Of a stretch of 64,000 nucleotides of DNA, positions 1 through 10,086 are shown in pieces. How positions within the stretch are numbered: the stretch's first letter is position 1; every line of letters begins with the position of its first letter. The stretch lies in NCBI GenBank assembly GCA_918797485.1, contig CAKKNE010000003.1:2728001-2792000 (forward strand), in the 5' to 3' direction. The notes under the pieces are model-generated. The model ran no database searches, had not been told where the DNA came from, and saw nothing but the letters and a program-made list of their open reading frames with translations. Position numbers and translations under genes: made by a program. The DNA is from Pelagomonas calceolata (Eukaryota).

Positions 1-1426
1 CGGGCCGTTCATCGAGTTGTTTCACAATGTCTGAAACAGCCAGCATGCCCTTTTCTCTCCGGTCGAGCATCTCGAAGAGCTTGCGCGCTTGGCCGACCGT
101 AGGTCCTACTTTCCGCGCATTTTTACCGCGAATCGAGGCTTGTAATTTAGTAGCAGCGACCTTCTGGTCGGCGACCTCCTTCCGCGCGTTCCTGCCTTTG
201 ATTTGCGCTTGTAGTGCTGTAGCAGCGTGCTGCTGCTCCTTGACCTCCTTTCTGGCACTTCGCCCGCGTTCCGCCGCAGCGAGTGCCGTCGCGGCCTTCT
301 TCTGCTCCGTGAGCTCTTGGCGCGCGTTCCGGCCCTTAATTTGCGCTTGTAATGCTGTTGCGGCATTTGACTGGTCCTGGATGTCTTTTCTCGCGGATCT
401 TCCTCGTTCGCAGGCCGCGAGTCTCGTTGCGGCCCGTTGTTGAGCATTGAGCTCTCTCCGCGAGTTCCGACCGCGCACACAAGCTGCTAGTCGCGTAGCC
501 GAGGCGTCCTGCGCCTTCGCTTCGGCCTCGGCAGCTAAGCGTTGCGCCTCCGCTTCCGCCTCAGCCGCTCGTTTCTCGGCCTCGATCCGCGCTTCTTCGG
601 AAGCTGCAGCCTCAGCTAGCTCCCGGGCCTTCTTTGCCGTCTCGCTTTGGGTCGCCTGGTCCTTGGCACCCCTGACGGCTCCCGTGACCAATCCCCATAC
701 TAGATCTGTTCTAACTTCGATCTCGGCCATCAGCATCTCCGGCGAACGTTCCGAATGGCTCTTCTTGACGTCGGGGCCTCGTTTTGAGGTCGGTCTTTTA
801 GCTTTTACGGTAGTTGTCCCTTCCAACGACTCCCGGTCGAACAAAGAAAGAAAGGTCTGCACCTCGTCGCCGCCGCGCACCCACCTCAACAGATCCGCCA
901 GCGACGCCCGGCCACTTCTACGGCCGCTCCCGTTCTTCTTATCGCCGAAAATCTTTTTGACCGCGTCCCGCAGCACGTAATCCGCGACCGGCTTGCTTCT
1001 GTATAGTGATGTTAATGCTTGGCACGACGTCCGCAGCAAAATCTCCATCTCTACACGACTGAGGGATCCTTTCGAGGAGCGGTCGAAGACCTGGAAGAGG
1101 GCCGTCACGAGCAGTTTCTCCGAGGACTCGTCCCAGTTCCGTGACGTGAGATAACAGCCCGCGAGAGCTTCGAAGGACGACACGCGGCCCCGCTCCTTCT
1201 CGTCGAGATGGCGGAAGTGGAGTCTCGCATCGACAAACGAGGGAGAAAACACCTCGACGAACTCGTCCTCCGTAAGGACCAACTTCGCGGGATCAAAATG
1301 CTTGTAGAAGCGCTGGTGGCTCGCCAGGGCCAGTCGGAAGCGCAAATCTCTATCGTCGCTCCTCCTATAGTTATTTACTACCTCTTCAGGTAAGTAAGCT
1401 GTGTCCTGGCTCAGGGACGCTCCCAT
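1..1426 (-). CDS. N-myristoylated EF-hand / IQ-repeat protein (partial, runs off left edge)
   Basis: Manual translation: open minus frame from AAAACC-ATG at 1426 (MGASLSQD, MGxxxS) to position 1 with no stop. EF-hand-like loops (FQVFDRSSKGSLSRVE, FEMLDRREKGMLAVSD), Ala/Glu coiled coil, six 23-aa IQ-like repeats. Absent from the ORF track because there is no stop in the window. Confidence 0.8.
   Translation of the reverse strand, partial: MGASLSQDTAYLPEEVVNNYRRSDDRDLRFRLALASHQRFYKHFDPAKLVLTEDEFVEVFSPSFVDARLHFRHLDEKERGRVSSFEALAGCYLTSRNWDESSEKLLVTALFQVFDRSSKGSLSRVEMEILLRTSCQALTSLYRSKPVADYVLRDAVKKIFGDKKNGSGRRSGRASLADLLRWVRGGDEVQTFLSLFDRESLEGTTTVKAKRPTSKRGPDVKKSHSERSPEMLMAEIEVRTDLVWGLVTGAVRGAKDQATQSETAKKARELAEAAASEEARIEAEKRAAEAEAEAQRLAAEAEAKAQDASATRLAACVRGRNSRRELNAQQRAATRLAACERGRSARKDIQDQSNAATALQAQIKGRNARQELTEQKKAATALAAAERGRSARKEVKEQQHAATALQAQIKGRNARKEVADQKVAATKLQASIRGKNARKVGPTVGQARKLFEMLDRREKGMLAVSDIVKQLDERP
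111..505 (-). repeat. Six 69-bp (23-aa) IQ-motif coding repeats
   Basis: ATRLAACVRGRNSRR / ATRLAACERGRSARK / ATALQAQIKGRNARQ / ATALAAAERGRSARK / ATALQAQIKGRNARK / ATKLQASIRGKNARK at a 23-aa period. Confidence 0.75.
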
Positions 1427-1745
1427 GGTTTTGTTGCGGGCCGCGCCGCTTTCTGCGACGGCTGCCGCTGCTGTCGGCTCTCCCAACGATCCTGCGCCCA
1501 AGGAAGGGCAGCAATTGGGGCTGCTCCCGGACAGCTTCCTGCGGCGCGAGAGGCTGGCGCTGGGTCCTAGTAACTTGTAAGCTACTAGAGACCACAAAAT
1601 CACGGGGGCCAAAAGCCGTCCTCGCGCCCCGCCCACTCGCGCATGGAGTCGTCCTGGGACCGCTCGACCCCAGGGATTGGTCGTCGTAAGCCCAACGCCT
1701 AGGGAAGATCTCGCCGGCGGCGGCGGACACATGACTAGCGGTGAC

Positions 1746-2956
1746 TTATCCACGCGCGTCGGGCGGCCTGAAGAGAAGCCGCCGGACGCCCGCCCAGGCC
1801 AGCGAGCCGAGGACCGCGGTGAGGCCCTGCTTGCCGCCTGGGGGGTGCACCTGGATCGGGAGCAGGAGCAGGACGAAGCCCGCGGCGAGCGCGGCCGCGG
1901 CGGCGACGTCCGACGTCTCCGGGAGCAACGACGTCGAGCCCATGGACACGAAGGACCCGACGCCGAGGCCCAGCTCGACCGCCGCCGCGTGCTTGTATCC
2001 CGAGACGGAAATACACAACATGAGCGCAAAGCTGACAAAAGCCCCGGCCGCAACCGGCGAGCCCCAGCGCGTGCCGCCCAGGAACTGGCTCACGAGGCGC
2101 GTCAGGACTGCACAAAACACGACCGCGACGCACGTGCCGACCGAGGCGACCCTCGCAACGCGCTTCTCGTAGTTGCAGCACGAGAGCTCGTCCCATGCGA
2201 CCTGTGCGTAAATCAACCAGTGACCGACGTCGCGTCGATGGCGTGGAGGCCATGATTCAACAGTGGCGGAGACCCCGGCGGAGACGCGCCGCGACAATTT
2301 GATTTGTGCACTGCATGCGACGTCGCCGGCAGCGATGGCGAGAAACGTGGCGACGTTGCCCGTGACGTACGTCATCGTGCCCAGCCGCCCGCCGACGCCG
2401 TTCAGGAGCTTGTACCGCGAGAGCGCGAGCCAGCCGACCACCGCGAGGGACGCGTGGAGCGTGATCCAGCCCCAGTTCGGCGCCAATCGGGGATCGATCA
2501 TGCCCGCGTACGCGCCGAGCGCCGCCGGCACGACGAGGTGAATCGCCGCCGCCGCGGCCAATGTGACGAGCTGGCTTTGGGCGAGGTTTATGCCGACCGC
2601 CGCGCCTGTGTGGAAATCAACCAGTGAGTCATGTTATTGCGCGAGATTTGATTTCCACGCAGCACCGCGCCTCGCGTCGCCACGGCGTGGCTCCAAAAGC
2701 AAAAACAGAACACGACGGCGCACTGCCACGGCCACGTCCCGTCGAAGTAGGACCGCGCGACGGGACCTTCCAGCGCCATCGTCGGCCGGAACATGAGCAT
2801 CTGCTCGTCGTTGTGCAGTTCCGTGTAGAGGTGGAGCTCGTTGTTGTCGATGCTGTTCCGCACGTCGTCCGAGTCCGACCGGTTGATCGGCGTCGCCTCG
2901 TCGGCCTTCTCCGTAGCGTCAGAAGAATACACGCGAAGGAACGTCGGTCGCCGCAT
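1746..2956 (-). CDS. Multi-pass membrane protein, 341 aa; exons 2671-2956, 2322-2605, 1746-2201
   Basis: ORFs 2588..2956 and 1746..2561 join in frame after removing introns 2606-2670 and 2202-2321. Hydrophobic helices in two internal halves (GAYAGM...GVGGRLG and GSFVSM...PPGGKQG). Confidence 0.75.
2202..2313 (-). mobile_element. Introner element IE-1 (intron 2202-2321, GT-AG, 120 nt)
   Basis: TIRs CTGTGCGTAAATCAA / TTGATTTGTGCACTG; perfect 8-bp TSD CATGCGAC at 2194-2201 and 2314-2321; splicing gives AGD|VAWD. Confidence 0.9.
2606..2662 (-). mobile_element. Introner element IE-2 (intron 2606-2670, GC-AG, 65 nt)
   Basis: TIRs CTGTGTGGAAATCAA / TTGATTTCCACGCAG (14/15); TSD CGCCGCGC (2598-2605) / CACCGCGC (2663-2670); the GC donor at 2670 restores the frame, the nearby GT does not. 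Confidence 0.85.
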
Positions 2957-3227
2957 CGCGTTGCGTACCGCTTGTTACCGTGAAACTGATCAGTGCCCCT
3001 GGGATTGATTGAGATTGATGTCTTTTGACGCCTAGCGATACCACTGATGCTACCGACTACTAAGCGCAGGTCGGCTCACGAGTTCTCTACCCGTCATCGC
3101 GCAAAGACAAGGCCGCCGTCTGGAAACAAGCTAGCGGCAGAAAGACTCTAGCAAGCAAGCTCTCCGACTTTTAGAGAGAGGCATACGTGGCTGCACACAC
3201 AGATCGCTGCGACCGACGCTGCGAACC

Positions 3228-4478
3228 ATGCTCTCTCTTCGCCGCGCCACAACACGCGCGCTCACAGCGAGGCGCCTCTCCACGAAACGCGAGTACGATC
3301 TAGTCCTCTTCGGCGCGACGGGCTACAGCGGCCGCATGTGTGCCGACTATTTGCTCAGGACTCATAAGGGTCTACGGGTGGCGCTGGCGGGCCGCGACCG
3401 GGCGAAGCTGGAGAAGGTCGCCGAGAGCTGCGCCGTCACACCACGAATCGTCATAGCGGACGCGCAGGACGCCGACGCGTTGCAGCGGCTGGCAGCCTCC
3501 ACCGAGGTCGTGGCGTCGACCGCGGGGCCCTTCCGCAAGTACGGGTCGTTGCTGGTCGAAGCCTGTGCGCAAGAAGGCACCAGTTACGCGGACATCACTG
3601 GGGAATCAGGGTGGACGCTGAACATGGCCGCGCAGCACCACGAGACCTGTGTTAGTACAGGTGCGATCATCGTGCCGCAGGCGGGCTTCGACTCTGTTCC
3701 CTCTGATATTGGTACCATGCTCGCAATAAAACACCACACCGCAAAAACGGGCGCACCACCCTCAGAGATAAGGACCTACGTCACGTCCATGCGCGGCGCG
3801 CGCTTCCAGGGCGGCACGGTCGACACGCTGGCTCATGAATTGGCCGAGCCGATACGGCCTGTGAAGCCGTCTGCGGTCCGTTCCGCCACGAAGACGAAGA
3901 TAGACTGGACCCACGGCACCAAGCCCTGGCAAACTGTGCAACTCAACGGCAAAACTCGATACCTGTCGCCCTTCATCATGGCCGGGGCGAACTGTCCCAT
4001 TGTTAGAAGGTCGAACGGTTTGTTAGACTACAAGGATGGTTTAGTGTATTCGGAAGCCATGGCCCTGCCTTCCTTGAAGAGTGCGGTGCAGAACTTCGCG
4101 GTTCTAGGAATAGGGACGTCTCTCTTGAAAATGGGGATGCTTGATTTTCTGCGGAAACGGGGCATGGTGCCGGCAGCCGGCGCGGGGCCCACGCTCAAGC
4201 AAGCGCGGCGGGCGTCCTACGAATATGTGATTGTGGCGACGGGCGACGATGGTTCGAGATCAGAGACGACGTGGCGCGGGAACGGGGATCCCTCCGCGAT
4301 CGCGACCACCATTTTTTTGATGGAGACGGCCCTCGGATTGCTGGCGAAGCGCGGTTCTGGAGAGGGGGGCGTGCTGACGCCCGCGGCTGCTTTAGGCGAC
4401 GACCTCTGGGCGCGGCTTCGATCGGCGAAGTGGGAGGCGGCGGACGAGGTGCCGGCCGTGACGGTCGAGCACGCGTGA
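3228..4478 (+). CDS. Saccharopine dehydrogenase-like oxidoreductase (SCCPDH-like), probable mitochondrial leader
   Basis: Motifs YDLVLFGATGYSG, ALAGR, AGPF..YG, YADITGE, GFDSVPSD and GGVLTPAAALG; Arg/Thr-rich N-terminus. Confidence 0.9.
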   Translation: MLSLRRATTRALTARRLSTKREYDLVLFGATGYSGRMCADYLLRTHKGLRVALAGRDRAKLEKVAESCAVTPRIVIADAQDADALQRLAASTEVVASTAGPFRKYGSLLVEACAQEGTSYADITGESGWTLNMAAQHHETCVSTGAIIVPQAGFDSVPSDIGTMLAIKHHTAKTGAPPSEIRTYVTSMRGARFQGGTVDTLAHELAEPIRPVKPSAVRSATKTKIDWTHGTKPWQTVQLNGKTRYLSPFIMAGANCPIVRRSNGLLDYKDGLVYSEAMALPSLKSAVQNFAVLGIGTSLLKMGMLDFLRKRGMVPAAGAGPTLKQARRASYEYVIVATGDDGSRSETTWRGNGDPSAIATTIFLMETALGLLAKRGSGEGGVLTPAAALGDDLWARLRSAKWEAADEVPAVTVEHA

Positions 4479-4556
4479 TCTAACGTTAGGTGTGTTTTAT
4501 TGGGTCGCGGCGACGGCGTAAAGGACGCCAATAGCTGCGCGCAGGGTTTCCAACTT

Positions 4557-4580
4557 GCTAGTGTCTTACAGGCCGCTAGC
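4557..4580. promoter_or_regulatory. Recurrent promoter-region motif GCTAGTGTCTTACAGGCCGCTAGC (representative copy)
   Basis: Near-identical copies at 12985, 19204 and 35302 (reverse complement); looser copies in about 10 other upstream regions; lies ~190 nt upstream of the kinase ATG. Confidence 0.6.
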
Positions 4581-4772
4581 GCGATTATTTTTTGGGAGCT
4601 CGAGTGCCGGGAGCTCTCCGGGAGGGAGTCTCGACACGCTTGCATAGGCCTGCAATTGCCGTTGGAAACAGCCGCACACGACACGCAACGCGGATTGAGC
4701 TGCGAGAGGCGTGCTGCATCGCTGGCACAAGGCAACCCCAAATCGAGAAAAAAAAGAAGCAGCGGCGGAGCG

Positions 4773-7274
4773 ATGCCGGACTCCGACCGGCCCTCGCTCG
4801 AAGCACAGATTGATGACGACGAGGCCTGGCTCGCGGCCAACGACGACGACGACTGGGACGCGCCCGCGGCGCCGCCCGCGCCCGCCGCCGCCCCGGAGCC
4901 GGCGCCCGCTGCAGAGGCAGCGCCGGCGCCGGCCGCCGAGCCGCCACAGGAGAGCACGACGGAGGCGCAGCGCACGGTCGACACGACGCTCGCCGCGGCC
5001 CAGGTCTGCGTCTACGACCTCGAGGGCGATTCCTGGCGGCCGCTCGCGGGTGGGCGGTGGGTCGATCTCTGTCTAGTAGAAGAGCGAGATTCTGGGCAAC
5101 TGAGGGTGGCGGCGCCGGACCCGGAAGGAGATGAACTGGCCGTCGCGTTCGATCTAGAAAGGGACGCGACGCTAGCGTTGCACGAGGTCCAAGGCAAGCC
5201 GTCGTCCTTCGCGGAACTCGCGCGAGGGTCGGCGACGGACGACGCCGTGCTCGGGTTGAGGTTCGTGGACGCGACGGCAGCCCAAGCTTTTGACCGAGCT
5301 CTCCAGAGCGCTCTGAGACGAGTGTCGTCGTGCGCGCCGCCCCAAGAGCTGCTCGACGGCGTCGAACCGAGAACCTCCTTCGACACGGCCCTCAAACAAC
5401 TCAAGGCCATGGGCTTCGACGAAACGTCTATTAGGAGGGCCCACGGCGCGCTGCAGGTGGCCGACGCTGGGTTGCTCGCGGAATGGATGCTCGAACGACC
5501 TGAGAACGAGGTAACAGAAGCGCAGCCGCCGTCGAACTTATCGAAGCGGCAGGTCTCGGATATCCCTTGGGACGACGTCGAAGCATCCGCTCTGAGAATA
5601 CTGGCGCAGTCGCAAAATTCACCCATACCAGAACGACTGAAGCACGCCTCGAAGGCCGCCACGGATACCGTGCGACGGTCCCTAGGGCCGAATGGCGACG
5701 ACGCCTGGTGGGACTCGACGCGCAAGGCCGCGGAGAAAGTTTTACAAACACGCTTCGACGCCGGCGCGACGTCTCGCGGGGCCGCGCACGCCGTGTTTTC
5801 TCATCTACGGGAAGTTTTGGACGCAATCGCCGTCGAAGACCAACCGATGTCGCCCCTGACCGATGATGCGGGTGTCGAGGAGGAAAAGAACGAAGAGTCG
5901 CCGGAGCGGCAGCTGGCGTCGCCGGGCGCCTCGCGACGCGTATCGATGGCGTCTCCGGTTGTATCGCCGGCGCCGGCGCCTGCTCCGAGACGACGGGGCA
6001 CGCTCGGTCTCGACGGGAACACGCCCGTCAAACCGCCGCCGCAAAAACGGAAATCTTTGGCGGGTCGACTCGCGGCGATGTTCAAGAGTCCGGCCAAGGA
6101 GAAGAAGAAGACGTCCCGGGCGCCCTTGCCCGCCGTGCCGACGCCTCCATCAATAAGGGCGGCGCGACGCGCGGGATTACCACCTCCTCCTCCCAGAGGT
6201 GGGTCGGACCGCACGCTGTCGTTGCAACCTTTTAGTCCTTCTGATTTCGCTCCGAAACGCATTGTCGGACGAGGCGCGTTCGGCGTTGTGGTCGTAGCCG
6301 AACGTAAAAGTGACAGAGGCGCTCGCGATAGAGTGAGATACGCTATAAAAGTCATCGACAAGGCGTCGTTACGAGGTGCGCGAGCGAGAGCGTTAGCACG
6401 CATCGAGCGAGATGTGCTCGACTTACTAGCTCACAGACGCGCCCCGTTCGTCGCCAAATTACGGTGTGCCTTCCAGTCGATGGAGCGGCTGTACCTAGCC
6501 ATGGACTATTACCCGGCGGGATCGTTGGATGCGGTGTTAGCTTCTAGGTCCTTCCGACGAAGTGACGCGAGACAGGCCGCCCAGAAAGTCGGCGCGGAGC
6601 TCGCCGCGGCATTGACGCAGATCCATGCGTTCCGCGTCGTGCACCGTGATGTCAAGCCAAGCAATGTTTTAGTGGACCAGCGGGGCCATGTCCGTTTGTC
6701 GGACTTTGGCTTGGCTACTAGGTTGCCCGCCGCCGGTTCGCGACAGCAGAAACGGTCCTTCGCCGGCACGGTGCAGTACGCCGCTCCTGAACTACTCCTC
6801 AAGCAACACACGACTTTTGGCGCCGAGATCGACTGCTGGGCCCTCGGGTGTTTACTCTTTGAGTTGCTGTCGGGCAGACCGCCGCATGATGCCCCTACAG
6901 CAAGGGAGACCTTCGCGTCGATTGTGGGGAATAAACAACCAAATTGGCCGTCCGGGAACGACGTCTCCGATGTTTCTATTATTACTCTCAAAAAAATGTT
7001 AGAAAGGAACCCTGACAAAAGACTACGAGCGGCGGACTGCCACGCGGCGCCCTGGTTCGCTTCACTAAATTTCTCGGCGTTGGATGTGGACGCCGGGCCT
7101 TTAGCAGCAATAGCCACGGTCATCGCCGAGTGCAATTCCCTGGAGGAGCACGACGGCGAGGATTTGGACGCCTTGTTCAGAGATGATAGATTATCAATGC
7201 GCGGGAGCGGGGACGCGTTCGCGGGCTTTGGGCGGCCGGAGTCGGAGTTCTCGCGGCGGCCGCCTGGTAGATAA
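4773..7274 (+). CDS. AGC-group Ser/Thr protein kinase with N-terminal PH/EVH1-like and UBA domains
   Basis: Kinase motifs GRGAFGVV, YAIKVIDK, HRDVKPSN, DFG, GTVQYAAPE. UBA-like ALKQLKAMGFDETSIRRAH...EWML. Likely ATG at 4773. Confidence 0.9.
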   Translation: MPDSDRPSLEAQIDDDEAWLAANDDDDWDAPAAPPAPAAAPEPAPAAEAAPAPAAEPPQESTTEAQRTVDTTLAAAQVCVYDLEGDSWRPLAGGRWVDLCLVEERDSGQLRVAAPDPEGDELAVAFDLERDATLALHEVQGKPSSFAELARGSATDDAVLGLRFVDATAAQAFDRALQSALRRVSSCAPPQELLDGVEPRTSFDTALKQLKAMGFDETSIRRAHGALQVADAGLLAEWMLERPENEVTEAQPPSNLSKRQVSDIPWDDVEASALRILAQSQNSPIPERLKHASKAATDTVRRSLGPNGDDAWWDSTRKAAEKVLQTRFDAGATSRGAAHAVFSHLREVLDAIAVEDQPMSPLTDDAGVEEEKNEESPERQLASPGASRRVSMASPVVSPAPAPAPRRRGTLGLDGNTPVKPPPQKRKSLAGRLAAMFKSPAKEKKKTSRAPLPAVPTPPSIRAARRAGLPPPPPRGGSDRTLSLQPFSPSDFAPKRIVGRGAFGVVVVAERKSDRGARDRVRYAIKVIDKASLRGARARALARIERDVLDLLAHRRAPFVAKLRCAFQSMERLYLAMDYYPAGSLDAVLASRSFRRSDARQAAQKVGAELAAALTQIHAFRVVHRDVKPSNVLVDQRGHVRLSDFGLATRLPAAGSRQQKRSFAGTVQYAAPELLLKQHTTFGAEIDCWALGCLLFELLSGRPPHDAPTARETFASIVGNKQPNWPSGNDVSDVSIITLKKMLERNPDKRLRAADCHAAPWFASLNFSALDVDAGPLAAIATVIAECNSLEEHDGEDLDALFRDDRLSMRGSGDAFAGFGRPESEFSRRPPGR

Positions 7275-7291
7275 GTATGTAGTACACAATC

Positions 7292-10086
7292 TTAGACGAT
7301 GCGCGGCTTCTTGGCCGCCGGCTCAGAGGAATCAGGGTCCCAACCGACGCGGACGAGCGCCTCCCACCAATTTCGAGAATTGGACCACGCGTTCCACGCG
7401 ATTTTTTGGGAGTCCGTGCGGTCCTTGTAGTCGACGTCCGCCATCCCACTAATTGAGCTGTCGTCGTAGGCGCGCGCGAGGGCCTTGATGTCGTACTTCT
7501 CGTCGTGCAAGGGGTCGACGCCCGCCGAGAGCGCCGCGGCCGCGAACTTGCGCCAGGTCTCGACCGTCGGCGCGCCGCAGGGCGCGGGCCGCGCCCCGGC
7601 GCCGTCGGCCGCGAGTCGTCCGAGGTCCACCGCGCGCCCGTGGACGAGGGCCGTGAGCCCGTGCTTCACGACGGTAGCCGTCTGGATGGCCTTGCCGTTG
7701 GCCTGGTTCGCGGCGATGGCGGCGCAGCTCTCTCCTTGTGAGAGGCGCTCGCAGGACACGTCCCAGGCCTTGGGCTTCTTCGACCTGTGCGCAAATCAAC
7801 CAGGTGGCGTGCGCCGTCGATGGCGCGGAGGTCACGATCCCGACGCGCCGCGACGTTTGATTTTCGCACTGCCTTCGACGGCTTCTCGACGGCGAGCGGC
7901 CACGCCGCGAACGACTTCGGGCCCCGGGGCAGCGCGATCGTCACGCCCGTGTCTTCGTCGGCCGAAACGGCGACCGACAGGCCGAGCTCGCGGCCGGCGC
8001 GGTCGATGAGCGCCGCCAAGTCGTCCGCGCCGGCGCCGAAGCGCACGCCGATCTCGCGCAGCGCCGCGGCCGTCGTCGGCATGGAATAGGCGCAGTTTTT
8101 GGCGAGGTGGTCGGGGAGCACGGTGGCCGGCGCGAGGTCGTGGGCCCGCGCCGCCGCCGCGCGCCACTTCAATATCCGATCCAGCATCGCCTCGTACTTG
8201 GCCGCGCGGTCGGCCTGGCCGTTCTTGCGCCATCCTTCCAAGCGGCGCGCCCAGCTCAGTTCGGCGCTTATGACCGGCCCGGCGCCCGCTGCGAGCTGGT
8301 CGGGCGGGATGGAAGAGACGTCCGCGCCGGCGGCCTCGAGCTCGGCGCGCCGCTCGTCGGCCCGCGCCCGCTCGCGGCGCTCGGCGTCGACGACGAAGGC
8401 CGGCGGCGGCAGGCGCACCTGGGCGTTGCCGTCCGCGACGGCGCGGCCCCGGAGGGCGCACGAGTAGACGTCGTAGGACGCGTAGCTGCCCTTCCGCGTC
8501 TCTCTATGTAAATAACCCCGCTGAACGAGCGGCACGAGGAAGCCCTTGAGCGCGTCCTGGGTGTAGAGCTTATCAGTACCAGGTCTCTGCCGCAACAGCG
8601 GCGCGAGGGCCTGCTGGGCCCGCGCGTGGCCCGCGGGCACGTACGTCGAGCCATCGGAACTATTCCGCTTGCCCCGGAAGCTCCCGCTCGCGAGGAGGCA
8701 CAGGTCCGTCGCCGCGCATTGAGTAGAAGCCGCGGCGACGCACAATAGTCGACACGGCCCCGTGAAGTCGCGCTCGTCGCCCTTGTTGCACAAGTCGCAC
8801 GCGCCGCAGCACCACGTGTCTCCAACCGGCTCCTTGAAGTGCTGCAGGATGTGGCGCCGGCGGCAGCCCGAGTCCTTCTCGGCAAAGGCGCGCATCGCTC
8901 TTATAGATTCATGGTACCTATCTAAAGCGGCTCCTTCCAGTCCCTTCTTATAAAAGTCCGACTCGTACCTCGTAAAACCAACGGCGTTGTGGTACAAGAC
9001 GCACGACGCGGGCAGCCCGTCGCGCCCCGCGCGGCCGACCTGCTGGTAGTACTCTTCCAATGTTTTCGGTGGGGACACGTGGATGACCCGCCTCACGTCA
9101 GGTTTGTCGATGCCCATGCCGAAGGCCACCGTGGCCACGACGCACTCAACTTTACCGGAGAGGAAGTCGTAGTGCGCTTGTTTACGGTGGTCGTCGCCGA
9201 GGCCCGCGTGGTAGGCCGCGATCGTCGTGTTCACTGGAGCGAGCTGCCTTAATGAAGCGGCCGTCGCCTCGACCTCGTTCCGCGTCGAGCAGTAGATTAA
9301 CGTCGAGCCGTTGCCCTTGCCTAGAGATTTTGCCACGTCCCTTAGTACTGTCCCTAAACCGGAGGCGAGGGCCTGGCACTTCAATGTAAGGTTCGGCCTA
9401 TCTACGGTCTTCGCGGCGACGTGGAATCCTGTTCTCAACTTCAGGGAGCGCTCGATGTCTCTACGGACGTGGGGCGGCGCCGTCGCCGTGAGGGCCACGA
9501 GGGGCACTTGTAAATCTCCCCTCAGGTCGCCCAACCTTCTGTATTCTGGTCTAAAATCGTGGCCCCACTCGCTCACGCAGTGAGCCTCGTCGACGGCGAT
9601 CAGGCGCAAATCGTTCAGATTCTGAGCTAGATTTGAACCCAGCGCCTTCTCCGGCGTCGCGTAGACCAACCGGTAGTGGCCTTGCTTCGCTTTTTGTTCC
9701 ACACTAAAATCGTGCTGCGCGCTCCCCAGAAAACACGCGACGTCCATACCTTTCTTCGCGTTCAGGGCCTTGCACTGGTCCATCATGAGCGACACGAGCG
9801 GCGAGATGACTAAGACACATCCCGTCTCATGTAAAAGGGCGGGCACCTGGTACACTAAACTCTTGCCCGAGCCCGTCGGCCAGTAGACGGCGACGTCGCA
9901 GCCCGCGCACGCGCGCTCGACGGCCTCCTCCTGGCCCGCCCGGAACTCGGCGTAGCCCCACGTGTCCTTGAGCACCGCTTGTAATTGCTTGCTAGATACG
10001 GTCCGCGGCGGCGGCGGCGGCTTGGCCTCGGCGGCGGCCATCAATGCGTCCATCTCGGCGGAGTTGGCCCAGTCGTCGTCGTCCAT
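7292..10086 (-). CDS. RecQ-family ATP-dependent DNA helicase with HRDC and C-terminal helical domain, 899 aa; exons 7880-10086, 7292-7784
   Basis: [51 protein letters not shown], Zn-binding CRR...CCGACDLC and an HRDC-like segment. Removing 7785-7879 joins it to ORF 7292..7759. Confidence 0.93.
7785..7871 (-). mobile_element. Introner element IE-3 (intron 7785-7879, GT-AG, 95 nt)
   Basis: TIRs CTGTGCGCAAATCAA / TTGATTTTCGCACTG; TSD TCTTCGAC (7777-7784) / CCTTCGAC (7872-7879); frame restored ([13 protein letters not shown]). Confidence 0.9.

Noticed and set aside
27..980. Plus-strand ORFs 27..443 and 447..980
   Set aside because: Ser/Ala/Phe-rich antisense shadows of the minus-strand IQ-repeat gene.
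2606..2665. Canonical GT donor for IE-2 at 2665
   Set aside because: A 60-nt intron keeps the wrong frame and hits the stop at 2588.
4500..4772. Non-ATG N-terminal extensions in the ORF track (e.g. 4500, 15800, 32573, 39707, 57104)
   Set aside because: Bacterial-style start calls running through promoter or UTR sequence; downstream ATGs have better context and targeting leaders.
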